Positions 38,727 to 52,287 of a stretch of 64,000 nucleotides of DNA are shown here, piece by piece. The notes beneath the pieces were generated by a model. It ran no database searches, was not told the DNA's origin, and saw only the letters and a list, made by a program, of their open reading frames with translations. Where the stretch lies: the NCBI GenBank assembly GCA_038496445.1, contig JALMLS010000593.1:62001-126000 (forward strand), written 5' to 3'. The stretch comes from Trichosphaerium sp. ATCC 40318 (lineage: Eukaryota; Protista; Tubulinea). Positions within the stretch are counted from its first letter, which is position 1. Each line of letters opens with the position of its first letter. The translations under genes were made by a program, and so were the position numbers.

Positions 38727-40436
38727 TCATTTTTTCTCTTTTTTGCCTTGTGGGAATAGTTCCTCCTTTATAATGACACGTAAAGACCTAGGAGATTTGG
38801 AGTAAGTGTGTGAATATTTAAAGAAGTACCATAAGAACTTACCTTTGCTCTGAAGCTTTGGATTTAGTTTTAAACCTCTCAAAATCCCAATCAAAGTTTG
38901 GATACATAATTACAAGACCAGCAGGGAAAAAAAGCGTAGTTTTCATTCCTTGGCCAAAAAGGCTTATTTGTTTTGTAGAAACACGATACCACTCGCTAGC
39001 TTTATGTGTTTTAAATGATTTCTCAACCTCTAAAATAGAAAACCATCAGCACTCTAAATTTTTTTTCAAATGAAAATGTTTTTCATTTGGTTTGTTTTTT
39101 GCTTTTAAAGCAAACAAGCTCCACGTGTTGGTTTGGTTTTTTGTTGTTGAGTGTAAGAGACAATTCTTAAATATTATTCGTACTACGTAAGAAGGCTATA
39201 ACGTTGTTGTTATCTTCCCAATATCCCAAAGGACAGACGCTAATTTTTCAATTAACATCAGTTTTTTTTTTTTTGAAAAAAGACGTACTGGAAGCGCCAC
39301 ATGACAAAATTGTATTCAGGATATACAGTTTGAACTGTTTCTGAAATGGAGTCTCGATGCCTTGAAACAAAATCAGTGGGTTTTTCGGAAATAGGAATAC
39401 ATGTCACAATGTGTCAAAATGATGCAACCATGGTTTTCTCATTTTTTTTCGAGTTTTCTGACATACTTACTTGCTCATTAATGTTCTTCCTCCTACACCA
39501 CAAACATCTAGATGAGATACCATATACCAATCATCCATTGACTTTACATTTAATCGTTCTGCTACTGTATCAAGCATTGCTCTCCGATTTTTCACCTCAG
39601 AGAAATAATTTTGTGGATAACGGCTTAATAAATAGCAATTAATAACATGTTAACTGTAAACGCAAACAAAACCAAAATATACTCTCTACCATATAAGATA
39701 GTACGTACTTTAATTGGTGAGGGTCCCATTCATGTTGAGGATAAAGAGTCTCACACATACTCGAAACAGATCCGTTGTAATAACTAAAAGTTCACTCCTT
39801 ATAAGTTCGCTTCAAAGCGAAGCTACAACGTGAAGAGAACACGTACTTGAATAAGAGAGTATGAGCTTGCCCGAAAGTGCAGAAGGATTCAGTGCTCACA
39901 GCATAAAAGTCATCAAGCACGTGCAGCTTAAGATCCATTGCTACAGTATTTGCTACAAGTCTTTGGTGGTCGTAACTCTTCATGAGTTCATGTGGACAGT
40001 ATCTAAGTTAGACACAAAAATGGTAAGCTACAGGTGCTTGTTTTTATATTGCCGTACGCGAATTTCCATAGCTCCCACTTGAACTTTGGGTACATGCTGA
40101 CCAAAGCGTCTATTAACGAGTTTTTAAATCTGTCAAATGTCAGTTTTATCTTTTTGGCCAAAAGTACCTTAGAAGGGCAGACTCAGCGCCTAGTGATTTC
40201 ATGACTGGTATATGTACATCGTACCAGTCATCTAGGGTGGCCAAAAATAATTTTGGGGCAACACAGGTGTCAAACATATAACTATACTTGTAGTTATATC
40301 TATACGATATTCCTGAACGTTTTGAGCATTTTAAGAGTATTTTTGAGTTACCTCGGCTTCGAGAGGTATTAGGAGCTTCACAGAGCGATGCCGTAGCGCG
40401 TGTTGTAGTAGTTAAAGTTCGAATCAGCGTATACAT
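38727..40436 (-). CDS. Repeat protein (4 x DDWY..YP..W..F units) with probable mitochondrial presequence
   Basis: Presequence-like MYTLIRTLTTTTRATASL; repeats LDDWYDV..MYPKFKWELWKF, LDDFYAV..LYPQHEW, MDDWYMV..VYPEYNFVMWRF, SEWYRV..MYPNFDWDFERF; 3' end ambiguous. Confidence 0.75.
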
Positions 40437-40608
40437 TTGGTTAAAAGGATTTTGAGTGTAAATCTAACTGAAGGCGCATTAATGACACTACAACTTTAAT
40501 TTATCCCGTTTATAATGGTTGTGGTCCTTGCAAAGTCTTTTTCGCATTATTTTTGTTTATAGACGTTGTAATTAGGTAAAAGGGGCTAGGTTTGCTGTAC
40601 TTGCAGCA

Positions 40609-41384
40609 ATGCCGCGTAACACTCCTAAGAAGACGAAGAAAACACCCAAAAAAACAGCAAAGAAAACAGCAACAAAGCGAAAGTCTCCAGAAAAATCACC
40701 TGCAAGGTACAAGGCAACTCGGTAGTTCGTTTATTGCGAAAATAGTCGCGAATTTGCTTTAAAGCGTTTTAAAACCAACCAACGCCTTACTGAATACTCA
40801 AAACAGGAAAAGAAGAACTTCAGTTATTCCCCGTAGACGACAAAGCACAGTACCGCTCACACCGCACAAGAAACGCAGGTACCGACCTGGTACAGTAGCT
40901 TTAAGAGAAATTCGACACTACCAGAAAAGCACATCGTGCTTAGTGCCTCGTTTGTCGTTTTGTAGATTGGTATGTTCTTTAATCGTTAATAACTGACTTT
41001 TTTAAATTATGCCTCTATTTCAAACGTTTTTTGCGCGTTTTTTTTCACTTTTTTTTCAGTTTTTTTTTCGCTTTTTTCTTTGACTCACCTCTTTACTGTA
41101 GGTAAGAGATATTACTTTAGAACTTGCTGGTGAATATAGATGGCGTGCTGAAGCATTATCAGCATTACAAGAGGCTGCAGAGTCATACCTTGTTGGATTA
41201 TTTGAGGACACGTAAGTTTTTTGACAGATTTTCGTTTTTTGACATATATTGCATTGAATGACATGCCATTGACGATGTATGTTATAGGAACTTATGCTGT
41301 ATTCATGGTAAACGTGTAACAATAATGAAGAGGGATATTCAACTTGCTAGGAGAATACGTGGTCCTTGGAAGGACGTACATTGA
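40609..41384 (+). CDS. CENPA: Centromeric histone H3 variant (CenH3/CENP-A-like)
   Basis: Divergent K/R/T-rich tail, [61 protein letters not shown]; Q68 and F84 replaced (C, W) as in CenH3s. Confidence 0.85.
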
Positions 41385-41696
41385 TGTGCTCTTTTGTTTA
41401 TTTTGGATGACGTCGTCTTCCCGTCGAAATCTCGCTGTACATTATTTCATAAAAAAACGAATAAAAATTTAGATTCACAAGGCATTGTTGTTGTTAGTCG
41501 TTTGTAAAGAACCAGAAAAACTTGGTCATCGCAAAGCCCTAGTACGAGATATTCTGTGTTTATGTTGAAAGAATCAAAGCAACAGTTGTGTTAGTCTCAG
41601 TTAAGGTAGGTGACATTTTTTCAAGATAAGTCAAACGGTTTTGTATTCACATTTATTTGTTTGAAGGTTTACAATGTCACTCAAGTTTTTTTCTAT

Positions 41697-44052
41697 TCAA
41701 ACTTCGAATTGGGCTATTTCTAGAACGCCTCCAACAAGGTAGAATGTACCAGTTACAAAAACATGTACTTTAGATGTCTTTGATAGTTCCTCAAGCATAT
41801 CCATTGCTGCGTTTATAGTAGACATTATATGCAATTTTGAAGTTGATTCATTTGGCCATTCTTTCTTCATCTTCTGTTGCCATTGTGTATTATCATCTGG
41901 CTTACTTACAGATACATTTGAGTCATCTTTTCTACTATTCTGATCTATCTTTGGTGATGTAAATAATACACTATCAAATGATATACCATTTTTCTTTGAA
42001 TGAGTATAAATCTTTGAAAGTAAAGTTTTTGGGTCTCTACTTTTAGCACAATTAAATAAAAGAATTGTTTGATTGTTTTTGGGTGTTTGGCTTGTTGTTG
42101 TTGTTATGTTGTCTCTGTATGTTGAACAAAACCATTCTGTACAAGCTACTATACTTATAGGTGTATGTGCTCCATCCATATAAAATGTAATACCATTATG
42201 TTCAAAGATATGAGACCGGCCTTTAAAAAAAAAGTTAAAAAAGTTCACGTTGGTTTTTTTTTTAATGAAAGGTGGTAAAAATAAAGTTTGTTCAAATTCT
42301 ATGTTCTTCCCACCCATAAAAACGACTTTCTTTTTATTTCGTTTATGTATAAAAACAGTAGTTGCAAGTGCAGGGAAAAAAAACCGCAAAGAATTTGACG
42401 AAAGATTTGAACTATTCCAGTTCTAAAATGTTCAAATTCTTCTCGCTTATTTTCCCTATTGAAAATACTGTTTTATACTTGAGCGAAACAAAATGTAGGA
42501 TGTTTCTGTGGAAGGAGAAAACAAGCTTGAACGAATCTAAAATTCAAAAAAAAAAAAAAAAGGGTTAAAATGTCACAATGTGTCAAAATGACAATTTGAC
42601 GGTTTTTTTGGTTTTTTGTATGAATAAAATCCTCTATGGTTTTCATTTATGAAAACTAAACTAACCTGCTAAGAAACAATCTGTTAGACCTGCTTGTAGT
42701 TTATCTGTCAAGTGAAAAAGTGGATAATATGGAAGACCTGAAGCTTGATCAACATTGGGGTGTTCTGTGCTGTTTATACGGCTGCTGGAGTTGTTTTTTC
42801 TTTGAAGGAAGATATCTACCAATGCAAGTGCTATTGACGCATTTATATGTTGGTGAATACCCTTAATACCCAATTGAATAGATTTAATATTTGAACAAGA
42901 AAGATAATGTTCAAGAGGTCTAGCCATGTATAGTTGTGATGATTCTAGTTCTATAGCACGTTCTTTTAGTATTGTAATACCTTCATCTTCTTGAGGGATT
43001 GTTACAGCTGGTACACCTACTTCAAGTAAGACGAGAATGAAATTCTTTGCTTCCAACGAGCGTAAAAAAAAAAAGTGTGAAAAAAGTGAGCGTTTTTTCG
43101 AACCTTTCTTGAAGATACCAGCTTTTTCGAATCCTATCTCTCTTAGGGTATTACCAAGAAGCTTCATGTGATCATAATCAAGTTTTGTAACACTATTAAA
43201 GGTTAGAAATAACCAAAAAAAGTCAAGAGTAGCATGGGTACGAAGGTTTTGTGTTTGGAAAATGATTTTCAAAAAAAAAGTAAGATTTGATGTTGGAACA
43301 CGTGCGCAGTTGCTACTGGGTTTGAAAAACAGTTGGTTGAGTCAACCCTTCCTCCTATCCCGACTTCTAGAATTATACAATCGACATTTTCGCCTTCAAA
43401 GACCTTCAGTGCAAGAAGTGTCAAGAAACGGAACCAGATCGGCAGATCAGTCTCAGACGCCTGAAAAAAAAATAGTTAATGAGCAATGTAAGACATTATG
43501 TCAAAGTTAAAAGTTTATCGTGCCTTGCCGCTTTCTAGGGCATTCCAAACTATCCAAAAGTACTTGGTAAACTTGTCCTCGCATATAGAATTGCCGTTGA
43601 GCCTTATACGCTCTCTAAGCGTAACCAGATGCGGAGACGTAAATACTCCTACAAAACATGTCAAAATGGCCACCGTATACGCTTAAAATACGTTTTACCT
43701 GTTGTATAGCCGTGTTTTAGCAAGAGTGACTCTACAAATGTACAACATGATCCTTTTCCCTTTGTACCAGCTACGTGTATTACTTTTGGTGCTAGTTTAG
43801 GTAACTAAGCTGTATCAGGTACACTGTGTGATAAATGTAAGAAATTCTGTACATTTAGTCCGACACGCTCAAAAAAATACATTTTAGATGCGTTAATGTC
43901 TATAATACTATCATCATTTCGTTCTTTTGCCCATTTGTTACGAACAGCGCTATTTAGCAGTAACTCATTATTCAAGGTCTCCAATGCTTTCTACATACGT
44001 ATTAGGTACTCTCATTGCGTAGTAGGTGTACCTTGTACGTGTATTCGCTCAT
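41697..44052 (-). CDS. FPGS: Folylpolyglutamate synthase
   Basis: [53 protein letters not shown]. Confidence 0.96.
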
Positions 44053-44253
44053 TTCGCTTTTGATGTAATTTGACATCTTCGGGTTTTGACTGTCAAATCT
44101 GTGTTACATTTTGAACCCAAAAATCAGAAATGTTTTTCTTTATTTTGTGGACATTGGTCTTTGTTCAAAAATTATACAGTTGTATTTTAAGTAGTGGGAT
44201 TTTATCGTATCTTCGGTTGGAAACAAAGTAATGTTCTTCGAATACAGACCCAA

Positions 44254-47200
44254 CTAGGTAGTACCAGCACTTAATCCTGTCAGTTTTCTTGGAGGGTCGT
44301 TCATTGGTTGATCTGAACCAGTGCTCAAGCCAGTTAATTTACGGGGTGATTGAGGGTTATTAGTAGCGACACCATCCTCTGCAGTCGCACTTGACTGAAA
44401 AGATTCTTTGAGCACGTGAACACGATACGCTTTTGGAATGAACAATGTCCAAACAATTGTTGTTAGGATAACAATTATTCCATAAACTAGGCTCGTATTA
44501 GACAGTAAACCGTTAATGGCGAACGATAATACCTGGTACACCAAGAGATATGTATACGCTGGTATCGAGTACAAGACTTAATACAATAACTAGAATACCA
44601 CAAAAGAGTGTATTGTAAATCTAAACAACATTTAAACGTTTTTAGAGATTTCCAAAAAAAAAGAAAAGTGGTCGCTTACGGACAACCCAATGGCTTGCGA
44701 TTCTTTGAACTCCTTTGTATTATGCCTTGTACCATAGCTCAAAAAGATACATGGTATAAGAAGGAGTGCCTGCGTATTTAGTCAAGTACTGAGTGCGTTT
44801 CTTTAAGGTACCTGAAAGCAAAGGAATATGATTACAAAATATGAGTGATCACCAAAGCATTGAACGTTCACCTCATCCTCAGCTAGTAATGGAGAAGATG
44901 AACTGATTATCACGACCTAATAAAACTTTAGTGATACAGGGATACCATTCTGCTTACCTGAGGATCAACGATTTGCCAAACCAATACGATAATCTGTAAC
45001 AAGTCAACATAAATATACCCGAAAAAAAAACCAAAAAAAAACTTACAAGTTCAATGGCCACAATAGGCAATACCCATTTCAAAACAAGCTCTAATAATAT
45101 CATTAAAATAAATCCAAATAGTATAGTAGGATACCTAAATTAGAGATTCTAACAATCTGCTCTTTTTTAATTGCACTTGAAGTGACACGATACAAACGCC
45201 AATTTTTGGCTAATAAATTACTAAAACCTCTGTTATCGAAATCAAGACAATTCATGTTACTCACCTGTAGACTAGTCCATAAGCTATAGCACCTAGCCAT
45301 ATCCTAATCATACAATTCGCGTTTGTTGGTCTACAAAGAAAATTGTGTTAGCAGTCTTTCAAACAAATCACGTGGTACTCACCTTCCCAGCCAAAAGAAA
45401 ATTGATACGTATCCTATTATTGCACCAATGAGGATGAAGTAGCAAAAAAGTGTAGCTGATCTAGATTAATATTCAGTGAGTCAATGAAATAAGAGAAGAA
45501 AGAAAAAAACCCTGGCACCTCTTGTATACTCTAGGAAAGGAGATTAGCGATTGATTTTTTTTTTCACAATGTATTTTGTACCTGTGCTTCCTGAAGATAA
45601 GCACGTCTACCAGAAGTGCCAATGCGATGAGCATTAGTATGATAACAATAATCATTGTTATAACACCAAAGGCACTATTGCTTGCAACAAATAACTCACG
45701 AATAACTTACAATTGTTTAGCAAAAAAAAAGATCAAGAAAAAAAAATCAAAAAAAGTACCATCAGATTCGCTAAGCGAAGCAACAACGTTGACAGATGAT
45801 ATCAACTTATCCATCACAAATAAAGCAGTCTCATTAATACAATTATTCATGTCTACACACAGATTAGAAAACAAAAGTGTTTAAACGGTTGTAGTACCAA
45901 AACTATCAGATGGAAATTCAGAGATAACATTGTCACCGCAAAAAATTTCATCCTGGGATTCTAATTTTTTAGACATGTTTAGTATACTCTCCCAATGACT
46001 TTCATTCACTCTTCTACAATATTAATTTGTAAGTTACCAATCAACAAGTGAGCTGACATTAATTAATACCTGCTAACATGAGCAAGAAATACTGCGTCAT
46101 TTTCTATGCCATAGTATACGCTTTCATTTGGTATCCAGGTCCCTATAACAATTATGGGTCTCTACTAGATCTAAAAGGTTTTAAAACATACCGTTAATGA
46201 TGTTTCTGGTGAAGTAGCTGTAAGCAGGGAACCTTGAAACAGTAACAAGTTAGCCCAACTGCTGAACTGGAAAAAAAATTCAATCACGTGCCAATCGAAC
46301 ATTGCTGATGTCAAGACGCTCTCACCCACGCTATAACGTACATCGCTTGCGTAACCAATACTACTAATACCCAAGTCACGTGCTAATTTATCAACTGTAT
46401 TATCATTTGTATGAGAAGACACACAATCAGCTGCTCTATCTTTAAGAATACGGAGAGAATACTTTTCAATAAGTGGTGCATTGAAATCATTAGTCCATAC
46501 TAGATCAACCACAATCTATCAGTATTAGGAGAAAAGACATCTGTGTACTACTTACATCTGGGTTGACAGATTTTGCACCCAAATAGAATGCATTTACACT
46601 ACGTACTATCGCTGGAACTTGACTGGAGTAAAACTTTCGGAGTTCGAAAACAAAAAAAAAAAAAAAAAGTAGGCATACGAGGTACTGATGCAATATATCC
46701 AATGGTTCCCGTTTTCGATGTCAACGCACAAAGCATGCCCGCTAGATAGCGCTATAAAAATAAAAGTCAAAAAAAAAATGACACAAAACGTGCTAGAAGG
46801 CTATCTATCGTACTGTTTGGTATATTCTACCATAAACAGAAGCAACATTAGGAGCTGTTTTTAGAGAACCTACTATTACAAATCTTGTTGTAGGATGTTC
46901 AGGAGCTAACTTGAGATGTTCAGCATAAGGTAAAACAACAAATTGTTAGCGTACTTCAATAATCTGGTCTTGGAACTGGCTCCCACAAATGAAAATCTAG
47001 GTACACGTAAAAAAAACCTTATTTGGTCGTCACGTGACGTACCAGTTCAACACCATCCTTTATGAACTCCTCAACTTTACGCTAGTGAGCGACAAACATG
47101 CGAAAATGATAAAAAAAAAAAAAAAAAAATTGTACCAACACCAACTACGCTATCTGGGGCAACCTGTGAACGCCGTTACGATATCACGTGATAAAAATAA

Positions 47201-47500
47201 AGAAACTTACGCTTGCTGCATAAAAAGTACGAATAGGGTTATCTGTAAGTGCCTGTCTTTCCTCTAGAGCAACACGAGCTGTCTCATGGGCAAAGTTCCA
47301 TCCTGGAAAAAGTGAAAAACTATTTCGGTTGTTTAGTATGTACCAAAGTCGTCAATAGCTCCAGGATATACAAAACCGAGTTTCACGGCTATAGAATCAT
47401 CAACCTAAGAACCGTTTTAACTCCTGACAGTACTCATGAGTATTACCCATATCACCAACACCAGTAAAACAATAATACCCACTCTCGTCATAAGTGACAT
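44254..47500 (-). CDS. Class C (GABA-B-like, Grl-type) GPCR with Bmp-family ligand-binding ectodomain
   Basis: Signal peptide, GFVYPGAIDDFGWNFAHE, VNAFYLGAKSVNP, SIGYASD (Bmp); 7TM with LLAKNWRLYR, EFKESQAIG. Confidence 0.9.
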
Positions 47501-47828
47501 GAGGAGGGAACAAAGAGTGCTTCTCGTAATAGTAACCACCCAAAAAAAACGTGCGAAATTTTCTCACACATGTGTCAACATAGGTAAAATGACAACAACC
47601 TCATCATGAAACTCATATGACTTACACATGAATCGCGAAAAGCCACCAACCGAAAAAAAGAAAAAAAAAATCCAAAAAAAAATTTCAAAAGTTAATGATG
47701 TTTGATCAACATGTATGTCACTCTTTTTTCAAAAAATGTGTTTAAATAGTATACAAGGGGGTTACGTAAGTCTTGATAGCTCTTCGGGAAGCTTTCTTCT
47801 TGTTCTTCTTCTTCTTATTATTCCGTTT

Positions 47829-48411
47829 TCATCGCGTTCTATCCAAGTATCCAAGGAATACATAGACTACTTCTTTAAAATCCTCGCGTGTAATTGCAAA
47901 TTGCAAAAATTCTTTCTCTTCTACGCAACGCATTGTATCAGTTATTTTATCACAAAGCTTCTCATCGTATTTGACAAGAACACCGATTAGGTCTGCTTTG
48001 AATTTAGCAATCCATTTAGTGATACGCTCAATACTCTGTGTTTCTACTTTATTATATCTGATTGTATAGTTTAGAACACATATAACGCACAAAGAAGTAA
48101 TAAAAAAAAAAAACAACCAAAATTGAATTAAAACGCATACAAACCATCAGATTTTACTCGTACCTGAAGTAATTTGTTGTTGATGAACACATATAACGAA
48201 AGGAGTACTTGAGAGTGAGGAAGTCGTCTTTGTTTATCTGATTTTGTTTGTAAAGGAGTACAACTCTGAAAAATATCGCATAAACCGATTTTCTGAACTT
48301 TTGGGCGGTTGCATCGTCTGTGTAGTCATGTATTAATTTTGTAATGTAATCCATTAGCCTCGCGCTTTCGGCGTCTAGTTTAGTAAGAACTTTGCGCTGT
48401 ATCGCTTCCAT
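47829..48411 (-). CDS. TNFAIP8/TIPE-like (DUF758-like) helical protein
   Basis: MEAIQRKVLTKLDAESARLMD..IFFRVVLLYKQNQ.. resembles TNFAIP8 (QAQKKIL..DDTSSEVLD..KLAILYRNNQ); one coding intron. Confidence 0.65.
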
Positions 48412-48810
48412 TACGAGGTGGCTGTAAATTTAGCTAGCGAACAATTAATTTGATGCAGCGGAGGCAAGTCCGACTTGGTACCTGTTTAAACCTAGATACT
48501 TTTTATGGCCAGCTGCTGTAAAGCTGTTTTTCTTCTATTTTGACCAACGACGATTTCCGCTTACTCTTCTTTTAGGACAAACGTAAGGAGTTTTAGGGAG
48601 TTACTGTGACGTCCAAAACAACAAAAATCAAGCCTATTGTGCAACTGTACAAACATTCTCTTTTTTTGGCAAAAAAAACGTAGAAGTCTTGTTTGTCAAG
48701 TGTGATGGTAAAGAATAGCGTAAATACATGTCCTATAGTACAATATGGAAAGAATCTCAAAGCTTGAGGATTTTTTTTTTTTACTATTTGGAGAGGATAG
48801 AGTACAATGA

Positions 48811-50255
48811 TTACCATCCGCGTTTAAACATCTCTGCTACTGTCATTAATAGCATTGAAATAAAAATAACAATGTATCGTATGTTAGACCATTCTGACAG
48901 TCCTGATGATCGTCTCCATATCTGATAATACTTGCTTGGTAGACATTTAGAATAACCAGCATTTATAATTTTCTACAATAACCAAGTTAGATTTGTGTCT
49001 TCTACTTTCCATATCTGGACTGTAATTTGACTCTTACCTCTTCAAGTATTCTGAGACTCTTTCTTTTAGCCTCTCGTAATGCAATTCGTTGTTGATGAAG
49101 CTCTTCACCTGTAAGTCTTGGAAATCTACGCGTTCCTGTCAGTACAAAACCACAAAAATAAAATAAAATATCCATAAAAAGACTTACGGTACAGCAGTTG
49201 CTACAGCTACTTTTTGATTACGTATTTTTGCTCGACGCGCTGAGCGTTCAGAATCCATAGCTTCTCGTATTGCTTTAGTAGAACTCAAGTGGTACCATTC
49301 ATCAATTTCTTCCCCTGGCTCTAAATCCGCCAAAGAAATAGTGTTTCTTCCAATAAAGTCATCACGTTTTAATCTATCCCAATCATATACCTCAATAGCA
49401 ATTGTATCATCTTCAAGAGAATGTGGAATAACACTACATAACACTTAACAACACACTACTACATATTACCGTACAATTCGCATTCTTCATTCCAAACAGG
49501 ATTCTACAACAAAAAAACACAAAATGTGAGCAAATATACTCGAAAATCAAAGGTAGAAGCAGTACGTACTAGGTTCTTTTTCTTGATTTTTGTAGTGTAT
49601 TTTTTTAAGTTAAAATATATCTTGGCATAGGGATCACTCAGACCTATTGATCATGAACTTAGTGGGTGGTTTATACGTCGTAGACACTCCTACCATTAGA
49701 ATCCTTTGCATCCAAATTACGTGCTTCTGGTATCTGTATTTCAAGCTTACCATCAAGCTTGTTTAATCTCGACGGAGGTTGGTATTTTATTATCAAACGA
49801 ATTTCTCCTGAAAATCCGAGGTGGAATTTGCGCTCCACGAACTCCTTCGTTTTATCCTTTGTCTTGTCTACGTATTGTTACACCAAGATAAATCCGGTAC
49901 ACATGCCTATTTCAGCTTCTATAAAGCTCAACGCTTTTTTTGATTTATCATGTGTTGATTCTATCCTGTCGCTTATTAATGACCTTATAACGCGCAATGA
50001 GTTGCAAATAAGTAAACTAATGCTTGTACAGTGCCCTCTCCGTTTGTTTTCTTGCTGTAGACAACGCAAACGATTTTGCTTTCGTGTGGGTTTTACTGTG
50101 GCTCTTTCTATGACGCGTTTAGCTATTTTGATTAGGTACAGTAATAAAAGTACTTTTTCTTATGCCCACGCGCAGACTTCGGTCTTTGCTCCTCCTAACG
50201 TTACTTTAGATCATTTTTTCCGTTTAAAAGTACGAACTATGGAATTATTGGCCAT
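48811..50255 (-). CDS. C2-domain protein with C-terminal membrane anchor
   Basis: EARNLDAKDSNGLSDPY, NPVWNE, VYDWDRLKRDDFIG (Ca2+-binding aspartates present); terminal YIVIFISMLLMTVA. Confidence 0.85.
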
Positions 50256-50475
50256 ATTAATGCTTTTTATGGATTATTCATTATTGTAGAGGCCTTGAAC
50301 GTAGTTTTCGTTGTTTTCGGAACTTAACTGCATTTTGTTCAAATTTCGGGCTTGCTTAGTTGCGCTACACGTCACATCTGCCACATTTTCACTAGCGCTA
50401 CGTTTAAACATCGCCAGTAGCAAAAATCCCAAATTCCACATCATCAACATACAAACTTATCAACAGTGAAGCACC

Positions 50476-52051
50476 ATGCAAAATACGTTCGCTCAGCAAG
50501 GCGATATGGCACACGAAGAACAAAAAAGATGGGTGCGGCAAGTAACCCAACGTATTCGCGATAACAAAAAGGAAATGAAGCCTGCGGAACCAGACAAGAG
50601 GTACTACGTGAAAGTTAGATTAATTTGGGCTATTACTACATTGTGTCTCGCCCCGTTACGCCTCGAGATTATTCTAATACGTTGTAGAGAGGTCGTAGAA
50701 CAAAGAACAAGGAGTGCGCTCCAAAACGAACTGGCTGCGTCATCTTTGCTTCTGAGCCTTTTTGCGAACGCTGCAAAGAGCTACAGGCGCTTTACTATTT
50801 GTGAGCCATTTCCTCCTCAGTTCAGGGACTCCAAAACTCTCGACAAGAAGTTCAAAGACGTCGTACGCACACCACAAGGCTGACATCCAAGAGAACTGAC
50901 ATTTTCATTGACAGGAAATGTACTTAGACGCACTCCCCGAATTGAACACATTTAAAACTCACCCTAAAGCTCTCTCAAGTATGTGTTTCTATAACGTAAC
51001 TGTACCACAATTTCTCATCTTTTCTCCTAGATCTACCTCGTCCTGCTCTTGATCTATTAGACTGGGTGGTTAACCCTATTTCGGATGGGTTTAGTTTGAA
51101 AGAAATCGAATTAGAACAAGTATGACAACTCAACTTAGTAGCTTTATTTTTGATTGAAATTTAACATTTTTCCTAGTTTGAAGAAGCTATGAGTAGCGAG
51201 GATACAGAGATATTCTCAAAGAAGTCTAGACCAAGTAGAATTTTTGAACTGGAATACCATGAGGATTGTGAAAAGTCCAATTTATTTTCTAAACTTGAGG
51301 AAGAGCACGGAAGCTTCGCAGGTGCGATAGAAGACACCACACAAAAAAAAGTAAAAACTGACATTGTTCAATTAAGGATACCATGGCAGTTCTCTTGAGA
51401 ACATTCATTCGATTGTTCGTAACGGTTTAGATGAGACATACGCTAAAAAGGGTTCCATCTATGGTGAGGGTATTTATTTATCGGAAAACAGGCACGTGAT
51501 ACTTGATTTCTGATCTAAATGTATTTTTGACTAAATTAATTGATTAGGGATGTTGCGTACAACTTTTTAGTTTGCAAAAAGAATGATGTAGAGAGTAATA
51601 TCTTGGGTACACGTACCGGTTGTATAGCAGCTTGTAGAGTCCTAAAGCACCCAGAAGTGCGTCGATATATGTCCAAGACAGAACGAGGATACAAGGTACA
51701 TATAATCTTGTGTCGGTCTACTCACAGTTTTTTTTTCAAGGATTCAGCTATATTGGTTGACGGCGATAAGCAGTTACCAAAGGGCTACGTTGTTGCAAAC
51801 AACAACGAGTATGTGCTTGTAAAATACGTACTATTGTACAGCGACAGCTCAGGCGTCAGGTATTCACTTCATATGAGTTCTTAACGTGTGATTTGCTAAC
51901 TTGTAGCTTTAGCGCAAAGAAAAAGAAACGCGTAAACATTTGCATGTACATGTTTTTTCTTTACGTGTTTGTAATTTTGGCAATTTTCCTGATGAGAGGG
52001 AACTATCTCGTCCGGTGGGGACTTGCCTCTCATGAGACTATTGAGTTGTAG
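50476..52051 (+). CDS. PARP16: PARP16-like tail-anchored mono-ADP-ribosyltransferase
   Basis: SLFANAAKSYRR..PFPP, YHGSSLENIHSIVRNGL, YGEGIYLS, LPKGYVVANN..VKYVLLY, C-terminal TM. Confidence 0.9.
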
Positions 52052-52287
52052 AGTAAAATGAGAGATCGCTAGTGTAGTACAAAGACAGTGGCGGCTGTTG
52101 ACATTGTAATTTTTTTTGTAAAGCAATAGTAAACCATGTAATATCCCAAACGCAGTGCGCCAGTTTTTTGATTGTTATGTCAATCGAGTTAAACAGGAAA
52201 TTCACGAGCCAACATTTTCAGTAACAACCCAAACCACCGCGCTTTCAACCCGACAACGTAATTCTATCACCCGCACTCAAAACGGGA

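Noticed and set aside
45091-45134. Grl intron with U12-like donor GTATCCTA
   Set aside because: No recognisable U12 branch sequence in the 44-nt intron, so it cannot be called minor.
50476-52051. PARP as vault PARP (PARP4) linked to MVP
   Set aside because: It is PARP16-type with a TM anchor, lacks BRCT/VIT/vWA domains and lies 46 kb away.
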